Assembly (NCBI RefSeq): GCF_009834535.1
Contig: NC_045697.1
Coordinates: 33,048,001-33,112,000 of the forward strand
Length of the DNA: 64,000 nt
Direction: 5' to 3'
Origin: Camelus ferus
Lineage: Eukaryota
Shown: positions 63,501 to 64,000 of the stretch, in pieces
Position numbering within the stretch: position 1 is the first letter of the stretch
Layout of the letters: every line of letters starts with the position of its first letter
The notes under the pieces: generated by a model
What the model saw: the letters and a program-made list of their open reading frames with translations, nothing else
Databases searched by the model: none
Told to the model about the DNA's origin: nothing
Program-made: the position numbers and the translations under genes

Positions 63501-64000
63501 ATGTATAACAACCATACATAATGGTGGTCAAAGTAAGGCATGCTAAGGGTCATAATCAGAGCAAAGGCTCTGCCCTAATTCAGCAAGTGACTGTCAGCAG
63601 GAAATTGCACGGTCACGAGAGAGTTCTTAGGAGCAGGCGATCAGGTATAACCCATCTTGATATACTAACAGAACGCCTGCCATATTATAAGCATCAAAAT
63701 TTATCTGATGAAATTAATAAGAATGCATAATCAATGCTACTGAGAAAAGAAAATGATTATATATATATGTGTGTGTGAGTGCACAACTTTGATACTAAAA
63801 GGGAAAGAAAAGAGTAAGTTGAAAAACACAAGGTTTTATATGAGTCACTTGTGGTGGGGAGTTTGGTTGCTCACTCTTGATATAATGCTAGCTCTTGTCC
63901 AATTTACCTGGTGGGAAATATTTAATATAATAAGTGGATGTATAATTGGGAGTTTGACTGATGAATGAAATCGTTTTTAAAAAATGGCAGAGAGAATAAT

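Overview
AT-rich mammalian genomic DNA; a short tRNA-derived SINE and a young L1 3' end resemble camelid repeats, so a camel/alpaca origin is likely (inference from recall). The one clearly supported gene is the 3' part of GABRG1 (GABA-A receptor gamma-1 subunit) on the minus strand. It has six coding exons (equivalent to exons 4-9; 221, 83, 138, 153, 212 and 270 bp) between 62786 and 45259, all with GT-AG boundaries, joining in one open frame. A probable ~5.4 kb 3' UTR ends near tandem AATAAA signals at ~39.9 kb. Exons 1-3 lie beyond the right edge. Positions 1-39.8 kb are gene-free downstream sequence with old repeats (MIR, L2, L1M, MLT1, LTR33, MER34-like, MER58, MER3, MADE2, Tigger). All other ORFs in the track look spurious. 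I found no convincing new biological system. The best leads are modest: a sense-oriented L1 fragment carrying AATAAA in the 3' UTR, a 124-nt palindrome-rich intron whose retention would give an ectodomain-only subunit, an unexplained ~70-nt hairpin at 29.1 kb, and local duplications at 5.7-6.9 kb. Repeat family names come from recalled consensus sequences and repeat boundaries are approximate.
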